Positions 47,874-58,254 of a stretch of 64,000 bases of DNA are shown here, piece by piece. The notes below the pieces were generated by a model. It was not told the origin of the DNA and made no database searches. It saw nothing but the letters and a program-made list of their open reading frames with translations. The position numbers and the translations under genes are program-made. The stretch spans positions 192,001-256,000 of the forward strand of contig CAVUWA010000004.1 in NCBI GenBank assembly GCA_963744995.1, in the 5' to 3' direction. Position 1 is the stretch's first letter. The number at the start of each line of letters is the position of its first letter. The stretch is from Candidatus Eiseniibacteriota bacterium (GTDB lineage Bacteria > Eisenbacteria > RBG-16-71-46).

Positions 47874-47904
47874 AGGGCCGGGCGCCGGACGCCCGGCCCT
47901 TTCT
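47874..47904 (+). terminator. Intrinsic terminator
   Basis: AGGGCCGGGCG-CCGGA-CGCCCGGCCCT followed by TTCT. Confidence 0.65.
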
Positions 47905-48111
47905 CGTGCGCGGCGCGGCGCCGGCTCCGCGTGCCGCGCACAGGCCCTCACCGCCCGCCCGCAAACAGCATCGTGACGCCGCGCCTCGGTTGCAGGGTGA
48001 CGGTTGCCGACGCATCCGGTGCGGACTAAGGTGGACGCATCCCATGCGAGAGGTCCCAGGAGACATGCGGGTCGCGAGCGCCGCGGCGATCCGCGCACAC
48101 GGGAGAGTGCC

Positions 48112-48525
48112 ATGGACGAATTCATCCAGATGGCGATGAAGTCGCTCGGGTCCGACGAGAAGACGACCCGCGCGGCCACCGGCGGCCTGCTGAACCTGCT
48201 GCACAAGAAAGCGGGTGGCGCCGACTTCAAACAGCTGCTCGGCGCGTTGCCCGGTGCCGAGGGTCTGATGAAACAGGGCCCGTCCGCCGCCGGCAGCGGC
48301 ATCGGCGGCATGCTCGGCGACCTGGTCGGGGAAGTCACCGGTGGCGACACCGGCGCGTCCGAAGCCGTGGGCGAGCTCTCGTTCATCACCAGGAGCGGGC
48401 TCGACATCGGCAAGGTCGGCACGCTCGTCACGCTGTTCCTGCAGTTCGCCCGCTCGAAGGCGGGCGCGGATCTGGTGCAGCGGATCCTCGGGCACGTGCC
48501 CGAACTGCAGAAGATCGGCGGCTGA
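48112..48525 (+). CDS. DUF2780-family protein
   Basis: ATGGLL.......ADF..L..ALPGA..L with a Gly-rich middle and GLD...V pattern. Confidence 0.7.
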   Translation: MDEFIQMAMKSLGSDEKTTRAATGGLLNLLHKKAGGADFKQLLGALPGAEGLMKQGPSAAGSGIGGMLGDLVGEVTGGDTGASEAVGELSFITRSGLDIGKVGTLVTLFLQFARSKAGADLVQRILGHVPELQKIGG

Positions 48526-48555
48526 CGCCCCCTTGCTCACGAAAGGAGTCATGAG

Positions 48556-48747
48556 ATGACCTACGCCATTCAGGACATCGAAGGCATCGGCCCGGCATTT
48601 GCCGAGAAGCTGGCGGCGGCGAACCTGGCCGCGAAGCTCGAAGAAGTGAACCACGTGAAGAAGCTGACCCGTGGGCTGCCGGGCGAGATGACCGTGCAGG
48701 GCTGGATCGAGCAGGCCCGCACGCTGGAAGCCAGGGTCACGCACTGA
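48556..48747 (+). pseudogene. DUF4332-family gene with in-frame internal deletion
   Basis: The N-terminal DIEGIGP.FAEKL.AA joins directly to the C-terminal NL.AKL.EVN..KKL.R.LP....V..WI.QA. Only 63 aa. AAAGGAG RBS. Confidence 0.65.
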
Positions 48748-48804
48748 TCGCTCGCGCGTGCGCCCGGCCCGCGCGGCCGGGGCGCACGCGCGACGAGCCG
48801 ATCC

Positions 48805-50779
48805 ATGGACGCGACCGGCCGCCCGGCACCTCCCGCCCGCGAATCCCGCCTGCTCTGGGCGCTGATCGCGCTCTACGTGCTGGTCTACGCCGCCGCCTGT
48901 GTCTGGAAGTACCAGCACTTCCTCTACGACGACATCGACCTCGCGATCTTCACCCAGGCCGAAGCGCAGCTCATGCGCGGCTCGCTGTGGTCGTCGATCC
49001 GCGGCATGGCGTGGCCCGGGGATCACGCGTCGTGGAACCTGTTCCTGACGCTGCCGGTGTTCGCGCTCTTCCGGCATCCGCTGGTACTGCCGATCGTGCA
49101 GAGCCGTCGTGCTGGGTCTCGGCGCGGTGGCCGTACACCGGCTGGCGCGGCGCGAGATCGGCAGCGACGCGGCGGCGCTGCTGCTGGCGCTCGCCTGGCT
49201 GCTGAATCCGGCGCTCGGCCACCTGACGCTGTTCGAGTACCACCCGGAGGCACTGAGCACGACGGCGCTGCTGTTCGGCTTCCTCGCGCTGCGCGAGGGC
49301 CGGCTGCGGCGGGCGCTCATCTGGAGCGCGCTGGCGCTGCTCGGCAAGGAGGACGTCGCGCTGGTGGTCGGCATGATGGGACTCTACGCGTGGACGCTGC
49401 CGCGTGCCGGGCGACTGCGCACGGGCGCCGCGCTCATCGGGCTCGCGGCGGCGGCGCTGGCGCTCAACCTGCTCGTGCTGAAGCCGATGTTCGCCGCGGG
49501 CGGCGGCGCCGAGTACGGCCTCATGTACCGCGAGTGGGGGAGCAGCGCGGCGGAGATCGCGCGCCACGTGGCGACGCATCCGCTGCACGCGCTCGGCGCG
49601 CTGGCCGCGACGGCGGGCGATGCGTTCGACACCCATCTCAAGCGGACGTACTGGCTGGAGCTGCTGCTGCCGTTCGGCTTCGCCGCGCTCGCCGCGCCGC
49701 TCGCGCTGCTGATTCCGCTGCCGATCTGGCTCGAACACTTCCTGTCGTGGCGCTATCCGCAGCACGCGATCTTGAACCAGTACACGGCGCTGGTGCTGCC
49801 GTTCATCGCCGCCGCCACGGTGATCGGCGTCGCACGCATCGCGCGGATGGGGAAGCGGGGCGCGGCGCCCGCGGTGATGCTCGCTGCGGTCGTGTGCGTG
49901 GCCGCAGCGGCGGGACAGTGGCTCTACGGTCCGTTCCGCGCGCCGGCGCGCTACTGGAGCGAGCGGGTGTGGCCCACGCCCGAGGATCTCGCCATGCAGC
50001 CCGTGCGCGAGCGCATGATCGCCCGCGTGCCGGAGCGGGGCGGCGTGATCGCCAGCAGCGACGTGCTCGTGCGCTTCGCCCTGCGCGACAGCGTGCACGC
50101 GGCCAACCACCTGCTGAGCGGGTTGCACACGTTCTCGACCGACCCGTACCCGCTGCCGGGAGGGATCGGCGCAGCGCTCGTGGACGTCGGCCGCGAGCGC
50201 GGCTTCACGCTCGTCAACGAACGCACCAGCCGGCGCTGGCGCGGGCTGATGCGTGAAAACGACCTCGTCCCCGTGGACGCGGCGAGCGACGTCGTGCTGT
50301 TCCTGCGCGCGCCCGAGTTGCCGCTGCCGCTGGTGACGCCCGACACGCCGCCCGACAGCATGAGCCGGGTGACGTACCTCGAAGGCGTGCAGTTCCTGGC
50401 CGCGCGCATCGCCCACCCTGACGTCGAACGCGGCGCACCGGTGCGGTTCTCGACCTGGTGGCGCCGCTTCGCGACACCGTCGCGCTTCCTGATGACGCAG
50501 CTCGTGGTCGTGGATCGGAAAGGGAAGATCGCCGACGATCGCGTGCGCTTTCTCGGCTATACGATCGCGCCGCCCGGGGACTGGGCGCGCGGCGTGGCCA
50601 TGCGCGAAGACTATCGGCTCGTGCTGCCCGCGGGCCTCGGCCCCGGCAGCTACACACTCGGCATGCGCGTGTGGGTGGAAGACAGCCCGCCGGCGCCTGC
50701 GGCCACCGAGGGCGACGCGCTCGCGGCGTCGAGCGGCTTCGTCAGGCTCGGCGCGTTCACGCTGGAGACGTCCCCCTGA
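48805..50779 (+). CDS. DUF2079-family membrane protein (GT-C-like; frameshift at ~49104)
   Basis: DLAIFTQ, GDHAS, FEYHPE, KEDV and QY motifs, with many TM helices. Confidence 0.78.
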
Positions 50780-50792
50780 GTGCGCGGGACGG

Positions 50793-53501
50793 TCAGCGTG
50801 TGACGACGACGCGCGCGACGCGGCGCTCGCCGCGCTGGACCAGCTCGGCGAAGTAGAGCCCCGGCGGCGGGGGCGAGGCCGCGGTCCAGCGCCTGGTCCC
50901 CGCGGGCAGCGTCGCTTCGCTCACGAGCCGCCCGCTCACATCGAGCAGGCGGAGCCGGGCCGGCGGGCCATCGGCCAGTTCGAGCGCCAGGGTCGGCGCA
51001 CCGCGCGAGGGGTTCGAGATCGGTGCGAGCGCCAGCGTCGCGCCCGCGGCCGGACCATCGAGCCACACGGCCTCGCTCCATTGCATACCCCCGGCGCCGG
51101 CCACCCCCAATCGGAATGCGGCCCGCGCGCCCGGCGCCAGCGGCGCGCCGTCGTAGCGCACTTCGTGCGCGCCCAGCCATACGGCTTCGCCCGCCGCGGT
51201 CCAGCTCGCGCCATCGACCGAGCGGTCCACGGTGCATGCCGTTCCCGGGGCCGCGTTCACCCACCAGCGCACCATCACCCCGCGCGCGTCGGAGGTCGCT
51301 TCCTCGAGCGACACGAGCGTCGCGGTGGGCAGCCCCGCGGGCAGCTGGAGCGCGTACGTGTCGGCGTAGTTCGGGCCGTTGTCCGTCTGTCCGCCGTCGA
51401 TGATGATCCGATTCGTCACCGGATCGAACGCATTCGCGAAGAACCCCCGGCCCGCGGGCTGCGGGCCGTTCGCGTCCTGCAGGACCCACGTCAGCTCCGC
51501 TCCGCCCAGCATCGCGCTCCAGAACTGTCCGAGATGGGCCGAGTAGCCACCTGTCCGGTCCTCGAAGAACATCAGGCGACGCTGCCCCGGATCGAACATC
51601 GCATAATAATAGAGGTCGAAAGGCGGCAGCCCGCCTTCAGACGGGACGGTCTCCACGGAGACGGTGTCCTGTCCAAACACGATGTGGGCGATCGGATTCA
51701 GCCCGTAGCTGAAAGTCCACGCGTCCCCTCGAGCATCGTCGACGAACGGCTGCAGATAAGGGGCCAGCGGCCCGAGGCCGACCAGCTGCCGCCATGCAGG
51801 CTCAGGATCGAGTTTCAACTCCCAGACTTCGCTGATCTGCGCCTGCAGGTCGTCGCCGCCCATCAGCAGGAAGCGTGAACGCGGTGCGTCGTAGACGAAC
51901 GACGAGTACCTGCGCGGACTTGGTCCGGAGCCTGGCAGGGCGATCCGGCTCCACTGGCCCCCGGGAGCGAGCGAGAGCTGCCAGACGTCGTCCAGCAGGG
52001 CACCCGATCCGTCCAGCGTGGCGCCACCGTAAACGACCAGCGCATGGTGAACCGGATCCAGAGTGACGGCAGCCCCGTATCGTGGCTCCGGCCGGAGGGG
52101 CGATTCGACGCCCAGCTCCACCCAGCTCGTCGGCTGCGACAGACGATGGGCCACCACCCTCGGCAGGTTCAGGGCGAGCGAAATCGTCTGCTGGCCCTCC
52201 GGATCGAGCAGGATGGAGTGCAGCCATCGTGCCCCCGGGGCCAGATCCGCCGCCTGCCACGCGGCCGGCCCCGGTTCGGGAGGGCTCGGGGTCCAGTCGG
52301 CAGCCGAATCCACCGTCGCGGAGATCAGCGTCCGCTCGACGATCCCGGGCATCCAGATGTCGGAGCGATCCGCACCACCATCGACGTACAGCCGCCGCCC
52401 GAGCGGGTCGAACACCATGGCCGACGCGTAGCGCGCACCCAGCGGGCCCGTGACGAGCCACCGGGCGGCGCCGTCCCGGAGCGACAGCGCCGCCACGTCA
52501 CCGGCGACGTCCTTGAGCAGGAGCCGATCCCGGGCGGCATCGAGGCTCAGCATCGAGAAGGGCCTGGGGAGCGAACCCGCACCGGGAAGCGGCAGGCTGG
52601 TCCACGTGGACGTGGTCGCGTCGAGGGAGAACAGCTCGGGATCGGTCCCGGAATCGACCTCGAGCGTGGAGTCGAAACGGGACCCGAACAGCACGTCGAA
52701 TGCGTCGCGAGCCGGATCGTACACAGCGCTGCCCCAGATCGAGGCCACGGGCTGTGGGCCCTGCGTCAGCACGGAGGTCCACGCGGACGGATCGGCGAGC
52801 GGGATCCGGATCGTGCGGTGCGCCGATGCGGCGGCATCCCACACGCCGAGCAACACCAGCTCATCGCGCCGGGTGTCCAGCGCGACGGCTGCAGGTCCGG
52901 TCGGGCTCGACGGGCCGCTCCAGAGGTGTGACCACGCCGGGGCGCCGGACAGGGAGAGCGCCTCGAGGTCCAGCCCGGTTTCGCGGTGGAGCACCAGCAC
53001 GCGGTCACGAAGCGAGTCGTAGACCGCACCGACCACCTTGCGCGGCGCCCACGGTCCACCGGATGCGGCGAACGGCAGCGTGGCGAGCATGCTCCATCCC
53101 CCGCTCGGAAGGGGGCGGCCCCAGACGGCGCCCAGGGGATCGTACGCGCCCAGCCCTCCCAGCAGAATCATGCGGTGCCGGCGGGTGTCGAGCACGACGA
53201 AGTGACCCGCGCGGGCGGGAGGGCCCACCTCGGACCAGTTGTAGTCGGCGCCGGGAGTGGTCGCCGATCGTGCGCGATCGGTGCTCGACGCTTCATCCGC
53301 CCGGTCGAGATGCGGACCCAGCAGTGCCTCGCGGGCGCGCGCGAGGTCCGCCACGGTGCGCGGCTGCCATTGCAGCACGCGCTCGGGCGGGACGCGGGTG
53401 ATCCACGTCGCCTGGGCGCCGGCCGTGGCAGCAGTGAGCGAGACGATCGCGCACGCGAGCACGAGCGGCGCGGCGCGACCTGGGTTCCGAGGACAGTCCA
53501 T
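50793..53501 (-). CDS. Secreted Kelch-like propeller protein with T9SS/FlgD-like C-terminal domain
   Basis: Repeated PR.....yD.......GG motifs, signal peptide and C-terminal SNP...DVSGRLV...PGLYF. Confidence 0.82.
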   Translation of the reverse strand: MDCPRNPGRAAPLVLACAIVSLTAATAGAQATWITRVPPERVLQWQPRTVADLARAREALLGPHLDRADEASSTDRARSATTPGADYNWSEVGPPARAGHFVVLDTRRHRMILLGGLGAYDPLGAVWGRPLPSGGWSMLATLPFAASGGPWAPRKVVGAVYDSLRDRVLVLHRETGLDLEALSLSGAPAWSHLWSGPSSPTGPAAVALDTRRDELVLLGVWDAAASAHRTIRIPLADPSAWTSVLTQGPQPVASIWGSAVYDPARDAFDVLFGSRFDSTLEVDSGTDPELFSLDATTSTWTSLPLPGAGSLPRPFSMLSLDAARDRLLLKDVAGDVAALSLRDGAARWLVTGPLGARYASAMVFDPLGRRLYVDGGADRSDIWMPGIVERTLISATVDSAADWTPSPPEPGPAAWQAADLAPGARWLHSILLDPEGQQTISLALNLPRVVAHRLSQPTSWVELGVESPLRPEPRYGAAVTLDPVHHALVVYGGATLDGSGALLDDVWQLSLAPGGQWSRIALPGSGPSPRRYSSFVYDAPRSRFLLMGGDDLQAQISEVWELKLDPEPAWRQLVGLGPLAPYLQPFVDDARGDAWTFSYGLNPIAHIVFGQDTVSVETVPSEGGLPPFDLYYYAMFDPGQRRLMFFEDRTGGYSAHLGQFWSAMLGGAELTWVLQDANGPQPAGRGFFANAFDPVTNRIIIDGGQTDNGPNYADTYALQLPAGLPTATLVSLEEATSDARGVMVRWWVNAAPGTACTVDRSVDGASWTAAGEAVWLGAHEVRYDGAPLAPGARAAFRLGVAGAGGMQWSEAVWLDGPAAGATLALAPISNPSRGAPTLALELADGPPARLRLLDVSGRLVSEATLPAGTRRWTAASPPPPGLYFAELVQRGERRVARVVVTR

Positions 53502-53681
53502 GTCGAGAGGGAACTACGCAAGCGCCGGGCCCGACTCGACGTGCGTGGGTCAACTCACTGCCATGCGGCCGGTTGCCGCCGTGCGTGAGGGCAGGACGTG
53601 AGGTCCGCGCGGCGCCCGCTCCCGGGGAACTGTCGCTGGAACCGACACCCGCGTGGCGGATCCGGCCCGCGCCCATCTGCG

Positions 53682-53978
53682 TCATCCACGTTCGGGGCGG
53701 TTCACGAGGCGCGCGAGCAGTGCCCGGCCCTCGGGCCACGCGCCCAGGCCGCTCGCCGAGTCGAGGTGGCCCGCGTGACCGACCTCGACGAGTTCGCTTC
53801 CCCATGCTTCGGCAAAGACGCGCGCCCGATCACGCGCGACGTAAGGATCATTCGTACTCGCGACGAGGATGCTCGCGAAAGGGAGCCGGGCGAGCGGCAT
53901 CGGCGCGAACCCCGTGGGGCCCTCCGGAAAGCGCCGGGCCTCGGGATCCGCCGGCGCCACCAGCAGTGCTCCGCGCAC
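53682..53978 (-). pseudogene. 5'-truncated RBBP9/YdeN alpha/beta hydrolase
   Basis: GALLVAP.D, VASTNDPY and AGHL....G.G.WPEG are present. The nucleophile HSLG half is absent and the upstream gene ends at 54013. Confidence 0.72.
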
Positions 53979-54012
53979 GGTGCGCGCGTGTCGCCGCGCG
54001 CGACGGTCGCGC

Positions 54013-54891
54013 TCAATCGTGGAGGAAGCGTTCCAGGAGCGCCGCGTTCTCCGCGATGTGCGACTCGCTCGTGGCCCCGATCACCACGTGGCGGATCGCC
54101 TGGAAGCCACCGAGGTAGCGGAACGCATCCTCGGGCGCCGCGGCCCCGGAAACGAGCACGTTCATCGCGAGCAGGGTGTAGCCGCCCGCGCGCACCGACG
54201 CCTCGCAGGCCTCGCGCGACGGGTTCATGTGGAAGCCCGCCGGGTTGAACGGCGCCATGATCAGCGGCTCGCGCAGGCCCGCCCGTGCGAGCCCCTCGGC
54301 GAGCCGCGGCAGGTTGAGCGTGCCGTATCCGGGGACCGCGCGGAAGCGCTTCCGGACGAGTTCGTCCCAGGTGGCCAGGATCTCCCACCAGCCCATGCCC
54401 AGCGCCAGGTCCACCAGCCCATTGTGCAGGAAGATAGCCCCGAGCGGCCGGCCGCGGTAGGGCGCCATCTCGAGGTCGACCGCGGTACGGATCATGGCCC
54501 GGAAGTCGCGGCGCAGGTACGCGATCGCGCCAGCCGCAAGGCTGGCGAACTGACGGTCCCACCGGCCCGCGCTGAGGATGCCCTTGATGAGTCCGGTCGA
54601 GCCGGAGCGGGTGGACATCTGCACGTACTTCATGATGTAGGGGACATTCGGGTAGAGCCGCAGGTCGCGGAGCGAGGGCCGTCGCCCGATCGCCTCCAGG
54701 ATCGCACCCGCGCGCTCGTGCGAAGACAGCATCAGGCCGCCCGCGCCGTGCCGCCTGGCGATCGAGCACACGTCCGCGACGGCCTCGGGGTCCTCGAAGC
54801 GGCGCGCCCGCTCGTCGCCTGTGCGGCGCGAGTGGTGGTTGACGCCGAAAAAGGCGTTGTCGCCCAGGATGAAGGGATCGATCTCGATCAT
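54013..54891 (-). CDS. Conserved hypothetical protein (possible TIM-barrel/oxidoreductase-like)
   Basis: ILGDNAFFGVNH...PFN..GF.MNP...AMN. ATGA overlap with the upstream oxidoreductase. Confidence 0.7.
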   Translation of the reverse strand: MIEIDPFILGDNAFFGVNHHSRRTGDERARRFEDPEAVADVCSIARRHGAGGLMLSSHERAGAILEAIGRRPSLRDLRLYPNVPYIMKYVQMSTRSGSTGLIKGILSAGRWDRQFASLAAGAIAYLRRDFRAMIRTAVDLEMAPYRGRPLGAIFLHNGLVDLALGMGWWEILATWDELVRKRFRAVPGYGTLNLPRLAEGLARAGLREPLIMAPFNPAGFHMNPSREACEASVRAGGYTLLAMNVLVSGAAAPEDAFRYLGGFQAIRHVVIGATSESHIAENAALLERFLHD

Positions 54892-55916
54892 GCGGATCCC
54901 ACCAGTGCCACGGGCGCTCCGCCCGAGCCGCGGATCGCGTCGAGGATGCGGAGATTGGCCAGGTTCTCGTCGAGCGTGTTCGCGACGGCCGTCCCTCCAT
55001 CGCGCATCGTCTCGAGCCAGGCCGCCAGCTGTCGGGTGTACATGGGCCCGGCGAGGTCGAACGGCACCGGGCTCTCGAGGTCGGTGATCGCGCGCCGGTG
55101 CCGCCCCGCGGGGAGCCCGGCCGCCGCCGCGGCGAGCTCGAGTTCGACGCCGTCGTCGGACACCGCGAGCGTTCCGTTGGCGCCCGTGACGGCCACCTGC
55201 AGCGCGACCTTCCGGTGTTCGGGCTCGGACCACGAGCCGCGCACGGTGCCCTCGAACCCGGCGTAGGTCCACGTGGACTCGAAGCGGTCCTCGGCCGCGG
55301 CCGAGACGAGCGACTCCGTCCGTCCGGTCAGCGAATCCGGCACGCCGAAGAACGCGCGCACCATGTCGACGAGGTGGCTGCCCAGGTCGAGCAGCACGCC
55401 CCCACCCGCCTCGGCGGGGCGGAACCGCCAGCTCGCCGACGGCGTGAGCACGTCCGAGGAGTACATGGAGGCCTCGAAGGAGCGCACCGTCCCCAGGGCG
55501 CCCGCGTCGATCAGGCGCTTCGCTTCTTCGAACGGGGCGGCGTAGCGGAGGCAATGGCCGATCATGGAGCACCGCCGCCGGTCCTCCGGGCACGCCGCGA
55601 TGGCTTCGTCTGCCTGCCGGGCCGAAACCGCGAACGGCTTCTCGACGAAGATCCCCTCGAGCCGGGGCGCGAGCTCGCGATACAGGGGCTCGTGCGACGC
55701 CGTCGGGGTCGCGATCACCGCACCGCGGATGGCCTGGTCGCGCAGCACCTCGCGGAAGTCCTCCACGACGGCCGTCGCGGGCGCGAGACTCCGCAGGGCG
55801 CCGCGCACGAGCGGCGAGTGCTCCGCGAGCACGACCCCGGTGATCCCCGGCAGCGCCTGCAGCGTGGCCGCGTGCAGCATGCCCATCTTACCGAATCCGA
55901 TGACGAGGACTTTCAT
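54888..55916 (-). CDS. Gfo/Idh/MocA family oxidoreductase
   Basis: VIGFGKMG, IATPT..H, FVEKP, GGGVLLDLGSHLVD. Confidence 0.92.
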   Translation of the reverse strand: MKVLVIGFGKMGMLHAATLQALPGITGVVLAEHSPLVRGALRSLAPATAVVEDFREVLRDQAIRGAVIATPTASHEPLYRELAPRLEGIFVEKPFAVSARQADEAIAACPEDRRRCSMIGHCLRYAAPFEEAKRLIDAGALGTVRSFEASMYSSDVLTPSASWRFRPAEAGGGVLLDLGSHLVDMVRAFFGVPDSLTGRTESLVSAAAEDRFESTWTYAGFEGTVRGSWSEPEHRKVALQVAVTGANGTLAVSDDGVELELAAAAAGLPAGRHRRAITDLESPVPFDLAGPMYTRQLAAWLETMRDGGTAVANTLDENLANLRILDAIRGSGGAPVALVGSA

Positions 55917-56040
55917 GACGCATGACTATAGAGGACTCCCGGCGATCCGGCATCCGCGCCCACGCGCGGGCAGGAACGTCGCGACCGGATTCCCATGCGC
56001 CGGAACGATCGCGCGGCGCGGCGTCCGGCCCGGGCAGGAA

Positions 56041-56072
56041 CGAACGGCCGCCCCCTGCGGGGCGGCCGTTCG
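56041..56072 (-). terminator. Intrinsic terminator of the thiolase-HADH operon
   Basis: Perfect 14-bp stem CGAACGGCCGCCCC / GGGGCGGCCGTTCG. Confidence 0.7.
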
Positions 56073-56102
56073 CCTTGAACGTCTCGGGAACGTCTCGTCG
56101 GA

Positions 56103-58245
56103 CTACGCCGTCTTCGTGCGCTCGTACTCCTGACCCACGCGTCCCGCGCGGCAGGCCTTCGACGCGAGGAACTCCGCCGCGATTTTCGCCTGGATGCCGA
56201 GCGCTTCGCCGAGCGGCGCGCCGCACGAAGCCTGCACGCAGTCCACGATGGCCTTGCGCGCGGTCTCGTTGAGCGGCCCGTCGACGGGCGGGAGGTTCGC
56301 GGGCGCGCACCGGCACGCCCTCGCAGCGCGCCCAGCTCTCGAGCGGCCGCTTCTCGATGCCATGGTCGCCACCGCTCGCGAGGGCCCACGCCTTCGCCAG
56401 CGCCTCGTCCATCGGTCCGGCGAAGTCGACGAGCCAGCCGGTCGCATCCTTCGCCTTCACGGGCGCGCCGGTGAGCAGCATGTGCACGAGCCGTGGCCAC
56501 GCATCCTTCGGGGCGCGGCGCAGCGGCCAGTGGCAGCCTTCCATGCCCGGCACGACCGGCAGCGTGACCTCGGGCCAGCCGAGTCGCGCGTCGTCCACCG
56601 CCACCACGTAGTGGCAATGCGCGAGCAGCTCGAGCATGCCGCCCAGGCAGCGCTTGCCGCCGACGAACGCGACCGACACTTCGAACTCGTCGTTCAGCCG
56701 CCGCCCGGTGGAGGGCCAGCCGGTGGTGATCGCGAGGCCCTTCTCGACGTCGTCCAGCGCGCCGAAGAACTCGGCGGTGTCGGCGCCCACGAGCTGCGTC
56801 GAGATGTGGAAGTCGCCGGTCACGATCACGCGCCGGATGCCCTCGGCCTTCAACCAGTCGAGCGCGCGGTTCATCTCGCGGTCCACGTCCCAGTTGTAGC
56901 TGTCGCGCCCGATCGTCACGACGCCGACCGTGCCGTCGTGCTCGGCGTTCACATAGAGCTGCTGCCACTCGGCATCGTCCATCTTCGACAGGGCATCCGG
57001 GTACCACGCGCTCGCCTTCGCCTCGGGATGGAGCAGGTGGTACGCCTCGACGGTCCTGCGCACCGAGTCCGCGCCTTCATCGCGCATCATCGCCAGCACG
57101 CCGCGGCGGAACTGCGCGCACAGCTCGCCGATCGCGTTCATGTGGGCCAGGTGCGCGCGGTTCTCGTGCAGCATCAGGCTCGTCATCTGATAAACGGGCC
57201 CGAGCAGACGCACGCGGAAGTCCTCGCGCGCCGCGTCCGGCGTCGGCCAGTCGACGAGCGGGCGGAAGTGGTTCATCGGGTACCACGCCTGCCCGGTCTC
57301 CTTGCGCTCGACCAGCTCGGGCGTCGGCGTGAACAGCGCGCCGTACGTCTCGCTCAGGTGGTGCAGGCACGACCAGGTGAGGAAGTCGGCGCCCTTCGCG
57401 CCGATCGCATCGTGCGCGCGGAACGGGTTCGGACCCGCCATCTGCCGCGTGAGCTTGTCCACCTTCCAGAACGGCATGTTGGTGTCGCGGTGGATGTGAA
57501 GCCCCGCGAGCGTGATGCCGCAGAACAGCACGTCGAGGATGAACGACCACTGGTCGCCGACCGGCAGCGGCATCAGCCCGAGCGCCCACAACAGCTGCGT
57601 GCTCCTGGACGGCGCCGGCTCGACGATCTCCCAGACCTTGTTGATCTCGTGCGGGAACGCCGGATGGGCGATCCCGACGCCCAGCTCGCTTGATGGGAAG
57701 CCTGAAGTGACCGAGCGGATCTCGATATCAGGGAACGACTTCCGGAACAGCGCGTAGTGCGCCTTCTTGATCTCGAGGATCTCCGGGATCGCTTCGAGCA
57801 GGAAGCGCGGCTGAAACTCGCCCAGCTCGGGCGGCAGCGTCCTGCCGTCGTAAGTGAGCCGCACGATGTTGGCCATGATCCGATCGGCGCCCGCCTTGCC
57901 GAACGCCTGGATCAACCCCGGGTACTGGCGGCCGATGCCGTCCACGGCGCCGGGGAAGTCGAGCGCCACGATGCGCACGCCGAACGGCTCGAGCCTGGAG
58001 CCCAGCTGCATGGTCTTGCCGGCGCCGACGATGCCGTTCGCGCCCGAGATCACCAGCGCGCCGCGCTGCTTCGCCGGGCCGAACACGTCGTCCACCAGCG
58101 CCGCCGCCTGCACGGGGAAGCGGCCGTTCTTGAAGAAGCCGTGCACGCCGGCGAGCCCGAGCGTATCGAGCGTGGGCCGGCGCATGGCTTTGACGCCGGC
58201 CGCCGTCGGCCGGTCGAGCATCGCGTCTTTCGCGGTCTTGGTCAT
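56103..58245 (-). CDS. 3-hydroxyacyl-CoA dehydrogenase / enoyl-CoA hydratase fusion (indel(s) at ~56300-56340)
   Basis: N-terminal GANGIVG, EAIPE.LEIK, S.TSG and H..FP. C-terminal crotonase GAD, LGGMLEL and GWPEV.L...PG. Confidence 0.8.
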
Positions 58246-58254
58246 GATCGCCCC

